IMG/VR virus record: IMGVR_UViG_3300045988_072973 | Reading direction: 5' to 3' (one strand) | Origin: a virus | DNA: 37,115 nt | Shown: positions 1-9,600 of the stretch, piece by piece | How positions within the stretch are numbered: the first letter of the stretch is position 1 | How the letters are laid out: each line of letters starts with the position of its first letter | The notes under the pieces: generated by a model | What the model was told of the DNA's origin: nothing | Databases searched by the model: none | What the model saw: the letters and a program-made list of their open reading frames with translations, nothing else | Translations under genes and position numbers: made by a program

Positions 1-55
1 GCATTGACTAAGTTAAGGTCACTCGTACCCGTTACCGCTAATGACTTTGCTTTGA
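1..55. repeat. Exact duplicate of 37061-37115 (terminal overlap of a circular assembly)
   Basis: Read directly: gcattgactaagttaaggtcactcgtacccgttaccgctaatgactttgctttga occurs at both window ends. An ORF is in frame across the join. Confidence 0.9.
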
Positions 56-236
56 GATCATCGTTACCCGCTGATTCACTTTTCTTATACAGATACTCTA
101 AGTCATTCGCAACATAATCTAAAATGCCATCATTTCCCTGCGTGCAAAACGGCGTGTTTTTCCCGAACGCCCCCGGCTGTATTATGTTGTCGTTCTCATC
201 CCGAATTTCCGGATGTTGAAATGTCTGCGGTTTCAT
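1..236 (-). CDS. Tail fibre protein, N-terminal part. It continues at 37060 once the 55-bp overlap is removed (363 aa in total).
   Basis: ATG at 236-234 overlaps the TGA of the upstream ORF (ATGA). Translation MKPQTFQHPEIRDENDNIIQPGAFGKN...DDLKAKSLAVTGTSDLNLVNA joins the frame of 36205-37115, since (236-56) is divisible by 3. Confidence 0.8.
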   Translation of the reverse strand, partial: MKPQTFQHPEIRDENDNIIQPGAFGKNTPFCTQGNDGILDYVANDLEYLYKKSESAGNDDLKAKSLAVTGTSDLNLVN

Positions 237-460
237 TCTTCTACCTCTGCTTTTTCTAACTTTTCGACCGTTTCAGACTCTGATTTTCTGATTTCAAGCG
301 TAACAGTATCGCCGTAGTTCAGTTCATCGGTTTCTTCTTGCGACGTTGTCTGTATCGTCAGCATTTCGCCCGTTTCCGGATTATGAAAGCTGAATGTCGT
401 TAAAACTCCGTCGTTCTGCGGATAAGATACTTTACCGTTTACATTGTAGTTTCTTTTCAT
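233..460 (-). CDS. Hypothetical protein, 75 aa (tail module)
   Basis: ORF track. Tightly packed between tail genes, and its stop overlaps the tail-fibre ATG. Confidence 0.6.
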   Translation of the reverse strand: MKRNYNVNGKVSYPQNDGVLTTFSFHNPETGEMLTIQTTSQEETDELNYGDTVTLEIRKSESETVEKLEKAEVEE

Positions 461-475
461 GATTTTTTCTCCTTT

Positions 476-1222
476 TTAGTAATTTGTAACATCTGATACT
501 AAGTACACCGTGTCTCCGTATGGAATCGCATCCCAAATTTCCCCATCATTATTTGCTTCTGAACGCACAGGGATTTTATCGTACATCTCGGTAGGCAACC
601 CCAGCACATCATATCCAATATATCTCATGCCCTGCTGTGTTAAACAAGCGAACGTTCTATACGATGTTGACATAATAAACAACTCAATAAATCCCAAACC
701 AGCTTCGGATATACTACGGGGAGCATTAAATAAAAATGTAGAAGTACATTGTATAACGCAATATCTACGATTAGGTCTAAATATATTACTGCCCGGCAGA
801 TTATTGTGTCCGCAAAACACTATATTTAACGGTTTCATATTTGAACTGAATATGATATCCCCTTGATTATTATAGATTTCCAGTCCAGTAGACCCAGATT
901 CCCCGGTGTAAAATCCCCATACGTAAATATACACATCATCATAATCCTCAGGGTCCGGCACTATATTGTCGTCTTGAGATATCGTGTACGGTATGATTTC
1001 CGCTTTTTGCGGTTCAATAAAAATAACCGCAGCTCGAATTAAATTTTTTTTGGGATTCCCGACACCTATGAGCAATTCGTCATCGTTCAGCATTACAGTG
1101 TGTCTACCTTCGCTCGTCCTGATGTCTCGTAATTTTATTTTTCTTTTTAAACACAAATTTCTGTACATATCGTCTATAACAATATTTCCGGAAACATTAG
1201 ATACCTCAACATATTTACTCAT
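476..1222 (-). CDS. Hypothetical tail-associated protein, 248 aa
   Basis: ORF track. Position is downstream of the J-like gene. No motif recognised. Confidence 0.6.
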   Translation of the reverse strand: MSKYVEVSNVSGNIVIDDMYRNLCLKRKIKLRDIRTSEGRHTVMLNDDELLIGVGNPKKNLIRAAVIFIEPQKAEIIPYTISQDDNIVPDPEDYDDVYIYVWGFYTGESGSTGLEIYNNQGDIIFSSNMKPLNIVFCGHNNLPGSNIFRPNRRYCVIQCTSTFLFNAPRSISEAGLGFIELFIMSTSYRTFACLTQQGMRYIGYDVLGLPTEMYDKIPVRSEANNDGEIWDAIPYGDTVYLVSDVTNY

Positions 1223-1234
1223 ATAGTTTTCACC

Positions 1235-1759
1235 TCAGTATGTCCCGTAGAGGACAGTTGCGCTAAATGATTTTCCGTCTCCTAAGACGTTGATATCCCA
1301 GTGCAGAACCCCATTTTTGTAGGTAATTCCTGGTACCATCAGTTCTTTTTGTGCCGGTGATGTGTATCCATCTATTTTAATATTAGTGCAGGCAAACCAG
1401 AAATCCGCACTCGATATCCCCGATAAGCGTACCTCTCCGTGAGTACCCGATATGTTAATACTCCCGATACATCGGGTTAGCCGTTCAGTGATATTCAATA
1501 TACATATTCCTTTTTCGTCAAAAACTTGTAACCCTTGCGGCATATACTTAATTGTCACCTCTTTCTTAATCCCGTCTTTAACTATGTACCCTTTGCTTTC
1601 TGTCGGTACTTTTACGATGATTTCTGTATGATTTCCGCCGTCATCAGGCTTTTCGTCCGGCGGCGTTTCTGTGTTGCCTCGTTTCTTCTTTTTCAAGCAC
1701 GCATACACGATGACACCAATAACCGCAATTACAATCAACACGTACATCATTTTTACCAC
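1235..1759 (-). CDS. Membrane-anchored hypothetical protein, 174 aa
   Basis: N-terminal hydrophobic helix MYVLIVIAVIGVIVYACL followed by KKKKR. Overlaps the stop of the J-like gene. Confidence 0.6.
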   Translation of the reverse strand: MVKMMYVLIVIAVIGVIVYACLKKKKRGNTETPPDEKPDDGGNHTEIIVKVPTESKGYIVKDGIKKEVTIKYMPQGLQVFDEKGICILNITERLTRCIGSINISGTHGEVRLSGISSADFWFACTNIKIDGYTSPAQKELMVPGITYKNGVLHWDINVLGDGKSFSATVLYGTY

Positions 1760-4700
1760 ACTCCAATCCGTACCCGTAACCGATTATTACTGTCATACAC
1801 TTCAATCAGATTATCTTTAATTTCTGTTCTTGCTCCGCTTGTCGCTGTTCTTAACAGCCCGATATTTGCTGTTATTGCCGATAACGACGTTACCGCCAAT
1901 TTATCCGCTGTAATCGCTTTTGCCGCAAGCATGCGGCTCACAATGACGTTATTATCAAAGACGGTCTGCCCTGTGACGTGCAGATACTTGCCCGCAATCG
2001 TCGTAGTCGTCGTCGATAGATTAATCTGATTGATCACGTCGCCTTTTTGCACTCTTAAATTAATAGCGTCGGTCATTTGAGCTATGGCGCTGTAATTCGC
2101 TTTTGCAAGCATGAGATTTCCAAGGTTAGATACTATTGTCGTTACGTCTTGCTTTGCGATTGCACCGTCGTTGAGCTTTTGCTTAACTAACGCGTCTACC
2201 TTCGCAATACTAACCGCTTCATCGTCAAGCATTTCTTTGCTGATCGAGATCTTGACGACAACACGGCTTTCTCCGGATTTCTCGCCCTCTCCGAATAGGT
2301 CATAATAAGCGATAGATACGTCATAGATACCGGCGCCGCATGTGTGACTGTAGCTGTTGTTTTCGGTCTTGATTGTCTTCTCTCCGTCGGTATCGCTGAT
2401 GTAGATGTTCATCCCCGCGCAATCTTTCGGAATCGCTTCAGCTGTCAGCCCAAAACCTCCGATTGTACTTGTGAGTACTGGCGGATTCGGTTTCTTCGGT
2501 ACCGGCTTGTTATACTGCAGTATCGCCGGGGCGGAGTATTTACCGATTGCGGATTTTGCGTACAGATACAGTTTCCCACTTCGTTCGGTCAGCGGCAGTA
2601 TCGCAGACAGGTTATTTGTTCGTGCTAACAATCCCGCCGTTTCAGTGCCAGCGTTATCATCTGTCCGGACTTCGTAAAACGCGACGTCGGTATTCGTAAC
2701 TTCTTTCCAATTTGCAGTACAGACAGACCCGAAGTCTATACCGAATCCGTCGGGCGTATTTGGGATTTCCGTCTTGAGTGCGACAAGTATCTTTAGCTGC
2801 GGAGACGTATCCGGGCTTGTTGATTCGCCCCATTCGTCTTTCGTGCAAACTGCGATCAGGTAGGTATCGCCGACGATTGCCTGCGGAATGACGACCTGGT
2901 CTTTTCCGCTGCCTCCGAAAGTCCATTCGCCGTCAAATCCGAGTTCGGAGCCTTTGGTGCCCTCTTTGATGACCAAATCTTTTGCTTGCCCGCTGCTGGT
3001 CTTATACCAGACATCACCTTGCAGATAACTCTGCAACTCGGGCGGCGTCCAGCTGACAACGATATCATAACGGGATACGCCGTCCGCAAGCTGCCTATAC
3101 CTGTTATACGCTGTGATATTTGTGACGGACGGGATGTAATACGGAGCTAATGTGTACTCGTAAGCTTTAACTTCTGACAGATCCTGCTGACCTGCGCCGA
3201 AGATGTTGTATGAGCAGAATTTGAGGTAGATTTTCTTGCCGATGTCGTCTTTCGCGAAAGGTACTTTAAAAACGGAATTGTCCAGCCGGACAAAATCTGT
3301 ATCTTTAGCGTGCGTTCTGACAGCCGTATTGCACTGTCCGCGGTATAACCCCGACAGCAGCCATGCGCCGTTCGACTGCAGATTTGCGTTGATATAGCTC
3401 ACGCATTCACCGTCTATCCAGCAGAGCGTATTCTTGCGTTCTGCGTCCTGCGGCGTACCGCTAAGCAGCTGATCATTGCATGTCACAAATACTTGATTGC
3501 TGGATGGGTGATTCGGCATCGGTGACAACGGCTGCGTTAATTTACCGCACCGCGCAGAGCCTGCAATCTGCCCAACTGTCCGATAATTTGTGTTATCATC
3601 GGAGACATATACTGTGCATCCGCCCCAGCCGTCCGCTTTACCTTTTGCGGCAATCCACAGCTCCAGTCCGTCGGCAGTGAGATCTGCAGGCGGCTGGAAA
3701 ATAACCGGAATGGTGTCCGGAGCTGTTCTGTTGTAGTCAATATACGGCCTGTCGTTTGCATGTACGTTGTACTTTGCGGCAGGATAGTCTCCCGGCGCTC
3801 TTGATATCGCGGTTACCGTCAGACATCCGTCGGTGCCCTCTGTGATACCGTTGATGACTGCGACCTGCTCGAAGATACCAGAATTTTCATCGGTCAGCCG
3901 CACTAAATCACCAACTTCCAGCCGGCACAGGCTCCAATCGAGTTTGAACGTATACTGCGTTCTCTCGTATTTGTTATTTCTTGCTAATTGTTCAGCGATT
4001 TTTACCGCCCGCTCTTTTGTATAAATATAGTGAGCATTCGTTACGCTGGCGGCTCTTACGCCGTAGTTCTTGATGTCTTCTGTAAATTCGTAGCTAACGG
4101 ATTCTTTTTCGTAGCCGTTTGCGCGGTTAATAAATTCTACCGGGAATTGATTATATATTGCGGAGCTGTCTTTTCTTTTATACGTTACAAGAGCTCCGCC
4201 TGACTGCGGCAGGAAATCATCCGCCGTCAGGTCTGTAATACCTGTTTTATCCGGTGCCCAGCTGCCTACCGGTCTATCGGCCAGTGGTACAATTTTTAGC
4301 TTGTCATTTGACCAAAACACATAAGCATTGGTCAGTTTTGCAATTTCATTTACAACTTCCCGGGCGGCTTTTGCGTCTTCGTCCGGCGGAGAGGAAATAA
4401 GCAAGTCGGCTTCTTTGCAATACTTCCGATAGTTGTCCAGCCCGATGATCTGCATGTCTTTTTTACCGATTTTATCAAGTACGTATCTGATGTAGTCGGC
4501 AGGATTGACATCAACGCCGTCTCCAGTCTCTAATAGCCTGCCTTTGACTTCAAAGTTATACGACGGCATCGAGCCAGAATCGCCCAAATCGATAACGCCC
4601 GCCATGTATGCCAACCCCGGGTACGGAAGTGCCTTGTCCGGGTGCTTGCCTTGCGTGTATGCCCAGGGCTGCTGATTTTCTTTCCCATCAAATAACGTTA

Positions 4701-5028
4701 GCTGAATGTCATCTGCTGGGTAATTGTGTACATTCTTACCGACCCATACTTTACCAACTCCCGCAATTGGCCCTTCGCAAAGTCCTAAAATGACCGCTAC
4801 CGTGTAGGTGTAGGTTATGCTGACTTGCTTAGATTTTCCGCCCTTCCCGGCTTTGTGCGTTTCGCGGTGTTCGTGAGCGGTGAAATCGTCATAGTAGAGC
4901 ACGTTTCCCGCAGTTCGCACTGTACCGATGATTTCCGGTATGACGGCTCCGTATTCCGCGGTATTGACTGTAAATTCACTTATTTTATTTGCCCGTGTCG
5001 TTGTCGTGCGTCCACGAAAAAAGCTCAT
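1753..5028 (-). CDS. Host-specificity / central tail-tip protein (lambda gpJ / GTA g15-like), 1091 aa
   Basis: Size, and position after the DUF2460-like, DUF2163-like and NlpC/P60 trio. N-terminus FTVNTAEYGAVIPEIIGTVRTAGNVLYYDDF is typical of the Phage-tail_3 family. Repeated beta-rich FN3-like segments. Confidence 0.8.
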   Translation of the reverse strand: MSFFRGRTTTTRANKISEFTVNTAEYGAVIPEIIGTVRTAGNVLYYDDFTAHEHRETHKAGKGGKSKQVSITYTYTVAVILGLCEGPIAGVGKVWVGKNVHNYPADDIQLTLFDGKENQQPWAYTQGKHPDKALPYPGLAYMAGVIDLGDSGSMPSYNFEVKGRLLETGDGVDVNPADYIRYVLDKIGKKDMQIIGLDNYRKYCKEADLLISSPPDEDAKAAREVVNEIAKLTNAYVFWSNDKLKIVPLADRPVGSWAPDKTGITDLTADDFLPQSGGALVTYKRKDSSAIYNQFPVEFINRANGYEKESVSYEFTEDIKNYGVRAASVTNAHYIYTKERAVKIAEQLARNNKYERTQYTFKLDWSLCRLEVGDLVRLTDENSGIFEQVAVINGITEGTDGCLTVTAISRAPGDYPAAKYNVHANDRPYIDYNRTAPDTIPVIFQPPADLTADGLELWIAAKGKADGWGGCTVYVSDDNTNYRTVGQIAGSARCGKLTQPLSPMPNHPSSNQVFVTCNDQLLSGTPQDAERKNTLCWIDGECVSYINANLQSNGAWLLSGLYRGQCNTAVRTHAKDTDFVRLDNSVFKVPFAKDDIGKKIYLKFCSYNIFGAGQQDLSEVKAYEYTLAPYYIPSVTNITAYNRYRQLADGVSRYDIVVSWTPPELQSYLQGDVWYKTSSGQAKDLVIKEGTKGSELGFDGEWTFGGSGKDQVVIPQAIVGDTYLIAVCTKDEWGESTSPDTSPQLKILVALKTEIPNTPDGFGIDFGSVCTANWKEVTNTDVAFYEVRTDDNAGTETAGLLARTNNLSAILPLTERSGKLYLYAKSAIGKYSAPAILQYNKPVPKKPNPPVLTSTIGGFGLTAEAIPKDCAGMNIYISDTDGEKTIKTENNSYSHTCGAGIYDVSIAYYDLFGEGEKSGESRVVVKISISKEMLDDEAVSIAKVDALVKQKLNDGAIAKQDVTTIVSNLGNLMLAKANYSAIAQMTDAINLRVQKGDVINQINLSTTTTTIAGKYLHVTGQTVFDNNVIVSRMLAAKAITADKLAVTSLSAITANIGLLRTATSGARTEIKDNLIEVYDSNNRLRVRIGVW

Positions 5029-5477
5029 CGTCTCACCTTCTTTTTGTTAAATCGGTATATGCCGCGCAGGCGGCTCCTGCCTTTTGCGTCGAAAAACATC
5101 ACGTCGGAAAGGTCTGTCATGACCACGCCTCTATCTACATAAGCATGAATAACCCGTCCTTTACTGACATAGACGGCGCCGTGGGAAATGCACCGTCCGA
5201 ATTGATACAGCAGTAAATCTCCGGGCTGCATGGTCTCTACTTCATCGCAATATTTTTGTACATAACCCAGGAACCATTCTTCGCTGTGATGCAAGTGCCA
5301 TTCATTAGAGTATGGATCAATTTGTATACTGTCTTTTTTTAGTAGTCCCGCATCTTCTACGCAGCCGATTAGGAGCATACCGCAGTCTACTCCGCGGCCT
5401 TTTACTTTTGCGCCGTTAATGTGCGGCGTGCCTAACCATGCTGCAGCAGCTTTAGCTATCTTTTCCCCGTCCGTCAT
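5025..5477 (-). CDS. Tail-tip NlpC/P60 (C40) peptidase (GTA g14 / lambda gpK-like)
   Basis: AAAWLGTPHINGAKVKGRGVDCGMLL carries the catalytic Cys context. A His context (ISHGAVYV) lies downstream. 150 aa. Confidence 0.8.
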   Translation of the reverse strand: MTDGEKIAKAAAAWLGTPHINGAKVKGRGVDCGMLLIGCVEDAGLLKKDSIQIDPYSNEWHLHHSEEWFLGYVQKYCDEVETMQPGDLLLYQFGRCISHGAVYVSKGRVIHAYVDRGVVMTDLSDVMFFDAKGRSRLRGIYRFNKKKVRR

Positions 5478-6055
5478 ATGAGCACCTCTCTTCGCGGTAC
5501 AAATGGCGCAATCAGCGTAGCGGCATCGGTTTCTTTACTGTAAATAACGCCGTCTTCATTCGTTGTGTAGCTTCCCTGTGGATAGTACCTGCGGACAGGA
5601 AATTCCATGTTGAGACCTTGTGTTTCCGCTTTCACGGACAATTCAATCTTGATACCGCCTGCGGATTTAACTTCTACATTTCCGCCGAATAGGTCAATCA
5701 CCCCCACAACGGACTGATCACGAAAGAAACAGCGGCGGAGATACAGTTTAGCTCTGTCAAGTACCCCATTGTGCGCCGCCTGTAAGAACGGCAGTCCTTC
5801 CAATTTGTCATTGATATCGGCTTGCACGGTAACGGTCATTGTATCAACTACCACACGATCATGAATCTTAACTTGCTGTCGCTTAATCAACAATGCGTTA
5901 TGTAAATATGTATGCCCATTAAACGATATGTCTATATCGGTATCGGCGTAGTAGTACTTGTTACCATTATCTAAGACAAGCTCGTATAGATCGCAAGAAG
6001 TAATCTTCTTTTCTGTCTCAAGATAGGTCTCCAGAGATTTATTCACTGTTTTCAT
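5474..6055 (-). CDS. Distal tail protein, DUF2163 / BR0599-like (gpL-like position)
   Basis: DLYELVLDNGNKYYYADTDIDISFNGHTYLHNAL resembles the DUF2163 N-terminal signature. Synteny with the GTA-type cluster. Confidence 0.6.
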   Translation of the reverse strand: MKTVNKSLETYLETEKKITSCDLYELVLDNGNKYYYADTDIDISFNGHTYLHNALLIKRQQVKIHDRVVVDTMTVTVQADINDKLEGLPFLQAAHNGVLDRAKLYLRRCFFRDQSVVGVIDLFGGNVEVKSAGGIKIELSVKAETQGLNMEFPVRRYYPQGSYTTNEDGVIYSKETDAATLIAPFVPRREVLI

Positions 6056-6624
6056 CGGACTACCTCCAGCTTAAATGTTTTAGACTTGTTGATGTTAAGA
6101 TACTGCCGCTCGATATCTATTCCGTCGTCTGCAAACATGACTTTCCAGTAGTATGTATAGTCCGCCGTAACTTTTGCCGTACTTGCCGGGGCAGTTTTGA
6201 ATTTCACTGCCCCGCCGGTAACTGTATATGCGCTGCTTGCTTGTTTCACTCCGTCAATATATACCGCCACTTTTTCGATATACTCGACAGGTTCTACATA
6301 GTCGCCCATTTTCATAACGGCTTGATAAGTTCCTGCCGTAATAAGCGGCAGCTGGATTCCTTTTTCTTCGTAGTCTTCTGGGTCAAGCCATAAAAAAGGG
6401 ATATGCGCGCCCTTCAGGAGCGCTACAAATCCCAGCAGCTTTCTATATTGTTCATCTGTCAAGATCTGAAATTTCGTTTCTATCGTCCAATTCGGCAAGA
6501 GTTGTGTTGTGAGTGTACGTACTTTACCGCTTCCCGATTTTTGTACTTTTGTATTCCAGTCCATCGATTTTATACTTTCCCAAGCCAATCCGTTAAGATC
6601 CTCCGGGAATTTCCTAAGTATCAT
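6052..6624 (-). CDS. Distal tail protein, DUF2460-like (gpM-like position)
   Basis: First gene after the tape measure. Its start overlaps the TMP stop (TGATG). Call rests on synteny. Confidence 0.55.
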   Translation of the reverse strand: MILRKFPEDLNGLAWESIKSMDWNTKVQKSGSGKVRTLTTQLLPNWTIETKFQILTDEQYRKLLGFVALLKGAHIPFLWLDPEDYEEKGIQLPLITAGTYQAVMKMGDYVEPVEYIEKVAVYIDGVKQASSAYTVTGGAVKFKTAPASTAKVTADYTYYWKVMFADDGIDIERQYLNINKSKTFKLEVVR

Positions 6625-9600
6625 CAGAACACCCCGCTATTTCCTGCAAAATTCAAATCTTCTTCAAAAAATGCTTTCCGAATTTCGTCTACGGCGCCAT
6701 TACGTAAGAAATCCGCAAACGACGCGGCATCAAGAGTATTGATATCCAAATGTACTGATCTGTTTCCGCCTTTCGTGATCGTTGTTGACTCTATATTCCG
6801 GATGTCTGCAGTCTTTACCGCTCCGCCTTTTGCAAAACGTGGCATACGTCCCGAGTTGATTGCATTAAGCAGTGGTAATCCTACTTTTCGGACAGCGTCA
6901 GCATTGAGAACGTACTCGCCATTAGACAACCAAGCTGGAATACTGTCTGATGTAGCCGTCCCCGGACCGCTGATAGGTCCGCCGGTCGCAAATCCAAACA
7001 TGCCAAATCCGAACCCCGACTTTGCAGACATAAGCTGCAGTGCTACAGTAGCCGCACCGACTGCTGTAGTAAATGCTGCCAAAGCGCCTGTAGCAGTAAC
7101 GGTTGCTCCGACTTCTGTCGGCTTTGTGCCTGTATTAATAGCATTTTGGATGACATTGTACGCGCCCATCACCAGTCCGCCTTTTTGTGTGCTGCCGGAG
7201 AAAAGTCCCAATGCTACATTAGACGCGCTTAAATTGTTTTTGAACGCATCAAACATTGTATTCATACCGTTGTCGTATGTTCCGCCGTTACTGTCATTAT
7301 TATTTCCGCCGAGCAGGCTGCCGCCGAATAGAGATTCTGTCAGACGCCCCGCCCATTGTTGCGTAATCTGCTGTAGTATTGTCTCTCCGATTCCTGTTAT
7401 GAGATTATACAGCGAGTCTCCGAGTGTTTCTGATCCTGTCAAAATGTTTTGGAAAAACTCCTGGAATTTATCAGTTGAGCTCTCCGCAAGTTCTGCAATC
7501 TGCGACTGCATTGACTCATGCCCCGTCTTCCATATACTCAGATACGTTTCAAGGGCTTCTGTCTGTCCTTTCCAGTTCATATAGTCTTGCCCGTCACGGC
7601 TGCTCGTTAATGCCCTAAGCAGATCTGAACGATGGTTATCTATTGCGTATTTTGCCTGTTTTTCAAATGACTCTCTATATGCATCTGTACGTTTCTTTGC
7701 AGCTTCGGCAGTCTTAGCAGTATACCATTCTTCGACAGCCACCATCGCTTCTTTATCTTCTTTGTTTTTAGAAACTTCTTTTAGTCGTTCCGCTCTCTCT
7801 TTGTTGAGCGCATTAACTGTAGCTTCATATTCAGCGTCGGCAAGTGCTTTAAAGTCCCCGGTGAGCTCTGCACCTATTTGTTTCGTTTCGGTCTTGATTT
7901 TGTTCCAGCTTTCTGTCCACGTGTCGGTCAGCTTCTGTTTCATGACCGTTCCGTATGTACTGAGCTGTTTTTGCAGTTGTTCTACCGCGTCTTTCGGAAT
8001 ACCGGCATTAGATAACTTGTTAATCTCTTCCTGCTTCTGTCTGATGTCTTCCGCCAGTTTGTTCATACCTGACATGTAGGCACCTTCGGTTTCGCTGTCT
8101 ATAGATTCCTGCATCGTTGAAAACAGCCGAATTGCCTCTTCTTTCGCCTGATTTAACCGTCTCAACGCCTCGTTGGCTTTTTTACCGATTTCATCAGTTG
8201 TAAGCGTTACTGTTTTACCTCCGGTGTACTCACCTATCGACCCGTAACCAAGCGGATTACCGAACCATTGATTTGCTTCTGACATGCTGCCGCGATGCAC
8301 CCCACCGGTCGAGTTTCTTGCTATATATTCACCGTTTCCGGCATAAATTCCGACATGGTCTTTCCAATCTATCATGTCGCCTTCTTGTGGCACGTATCCT
8401 GTTCCGGCGGTGTGATAAGCCGTACCGAACTGATTTACAAGCTGATTCCCGTTAATTGAGTTCAACCCTTGTATGCCTGCCTCTTGATATAGTGCAGAGA
8501 CAAAAGCGGCGCATTGCACACGGGCATCTTCGACAAGCGGTGACATCCATTGTTCCCCTTCAGGATGCCTCGATGCTATATTTACGACTTCTTGACCTAT
8601 TGGCGCTTCTACTTGATACGTTTTTGCTTCCTTAATCGCCTTTGTATTATCTTTTGTTGCAGATGTTCCCGACTCAAAAGCGGCTTTTAACGCCTCGATT
8701 TGTGAATTTATGGACCCTTTGTCAATGCTCGTTCCGTCACCATATTTTTCGTGTAGTTTTTTAGAGTTCTCGTTAGCGGCAGCATACTTCTTGTTCCATG
8801 CCGCTTTGGCTTCATCATTTTCTTCCTGACTATAAACATTCATCCGTGTTCCGTTTTCTTTGACGCGGATCATTGTATTGTCTTTCTCGCTGTAGTAGTA
8901 ATCTTTACCGTTTACGTTGACATACTGAGCATTTTCGGCTTCTCTTTTTTCTTCCTGATGGAATTCATACAGCTTATACGTTGCGGCTACAATAGCAGCA
9001 GCCACACCCAGCCATCCTCCAGCCAGTGCCCATACCGCACTTGCCGCCTGACGCAACGGACCGAGTGACCCTCTCGCTGCTGTGCTCATTCTGATACCGG
9101 TATCCACAGCGGCTTTTCCGGTCTGTTGTGTAGCAACGGTAACCGCGGTCTGTTCCGCCGCCAGCATATTGCTCGACGCACTGGCCGCCGTATTAGCCGC
9201 AACCATCTTCCCTGCTTCGGCTTTATGTGCACCGGCTGCTGTATTTGCCGCGCTCGCCTGCACTGCTGCCGACTGCCGGGCCTGCATATTGATTTCCTGA
9301 TACGCGGCTGTCATGCGTGCTGCTTCTACTCTTGCGGTTTCAGCCGCTTTAGCTTCTCGCATAACACAGTATTTTGAGTAGCTTGCCTCTTTTTCAGCGT
9401 CTGTCATCTGCGCTGTACTAAGAGTCTTCAAATATGCTTTTTCTTCTGCCATTGCCGCTTTTTCTATGTTTTTTATCCGGCGTGCAATGCTTTTTTCCTG
9501 CTGTACTGTTAGCGCATCTTCTGAAACGTCTCCAGTTCCAATCGACGCAAGCGATCCCATTGCTGATCTTGCTTTTTGCAATGCCTGCAGCGTCTTATAC

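Noticed and set aside
1-55. The 55-bp terminal repeat as a biological direct terminal repeat or att site
   Set aside because: It lies inside an intact tail-fibre reading frame, and its exact 55-nt length is typical of an assembler overlap.
476-1759. Possible paralogy between the 248-aa and 174-aa proteins (GLEIYNNQGDIIF versus GLQVFDEKGICIL)
   Set aside because: Only one short similar segment is seen by eye. That is too weak to claim without an alignment.
6403-7584. 393-aa plus-strand ORF, and many other plus-strand ORFs of 60-210 aa between 500 and 31000
   Set aside because: They lie antisense to well-supported minus-strand genes (tape measure, J-like, capsid, terminase and others). They have Ser/Cys/Phe-rich low-complexity composition, no SD sites and no motifs. 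They are shadow ORFs.
8483-8493. A second copy of CTTGATATAGT (plus strand, inside the tape-measure gene), and CTTGATAT at 12483, as additional replication origins
   Set aside because: Both are inside coding sequence, on the opposite strand to the rep-proximal copy, and lack an adjacent hairpin. The 8-mer core is short enough to recur by chance.
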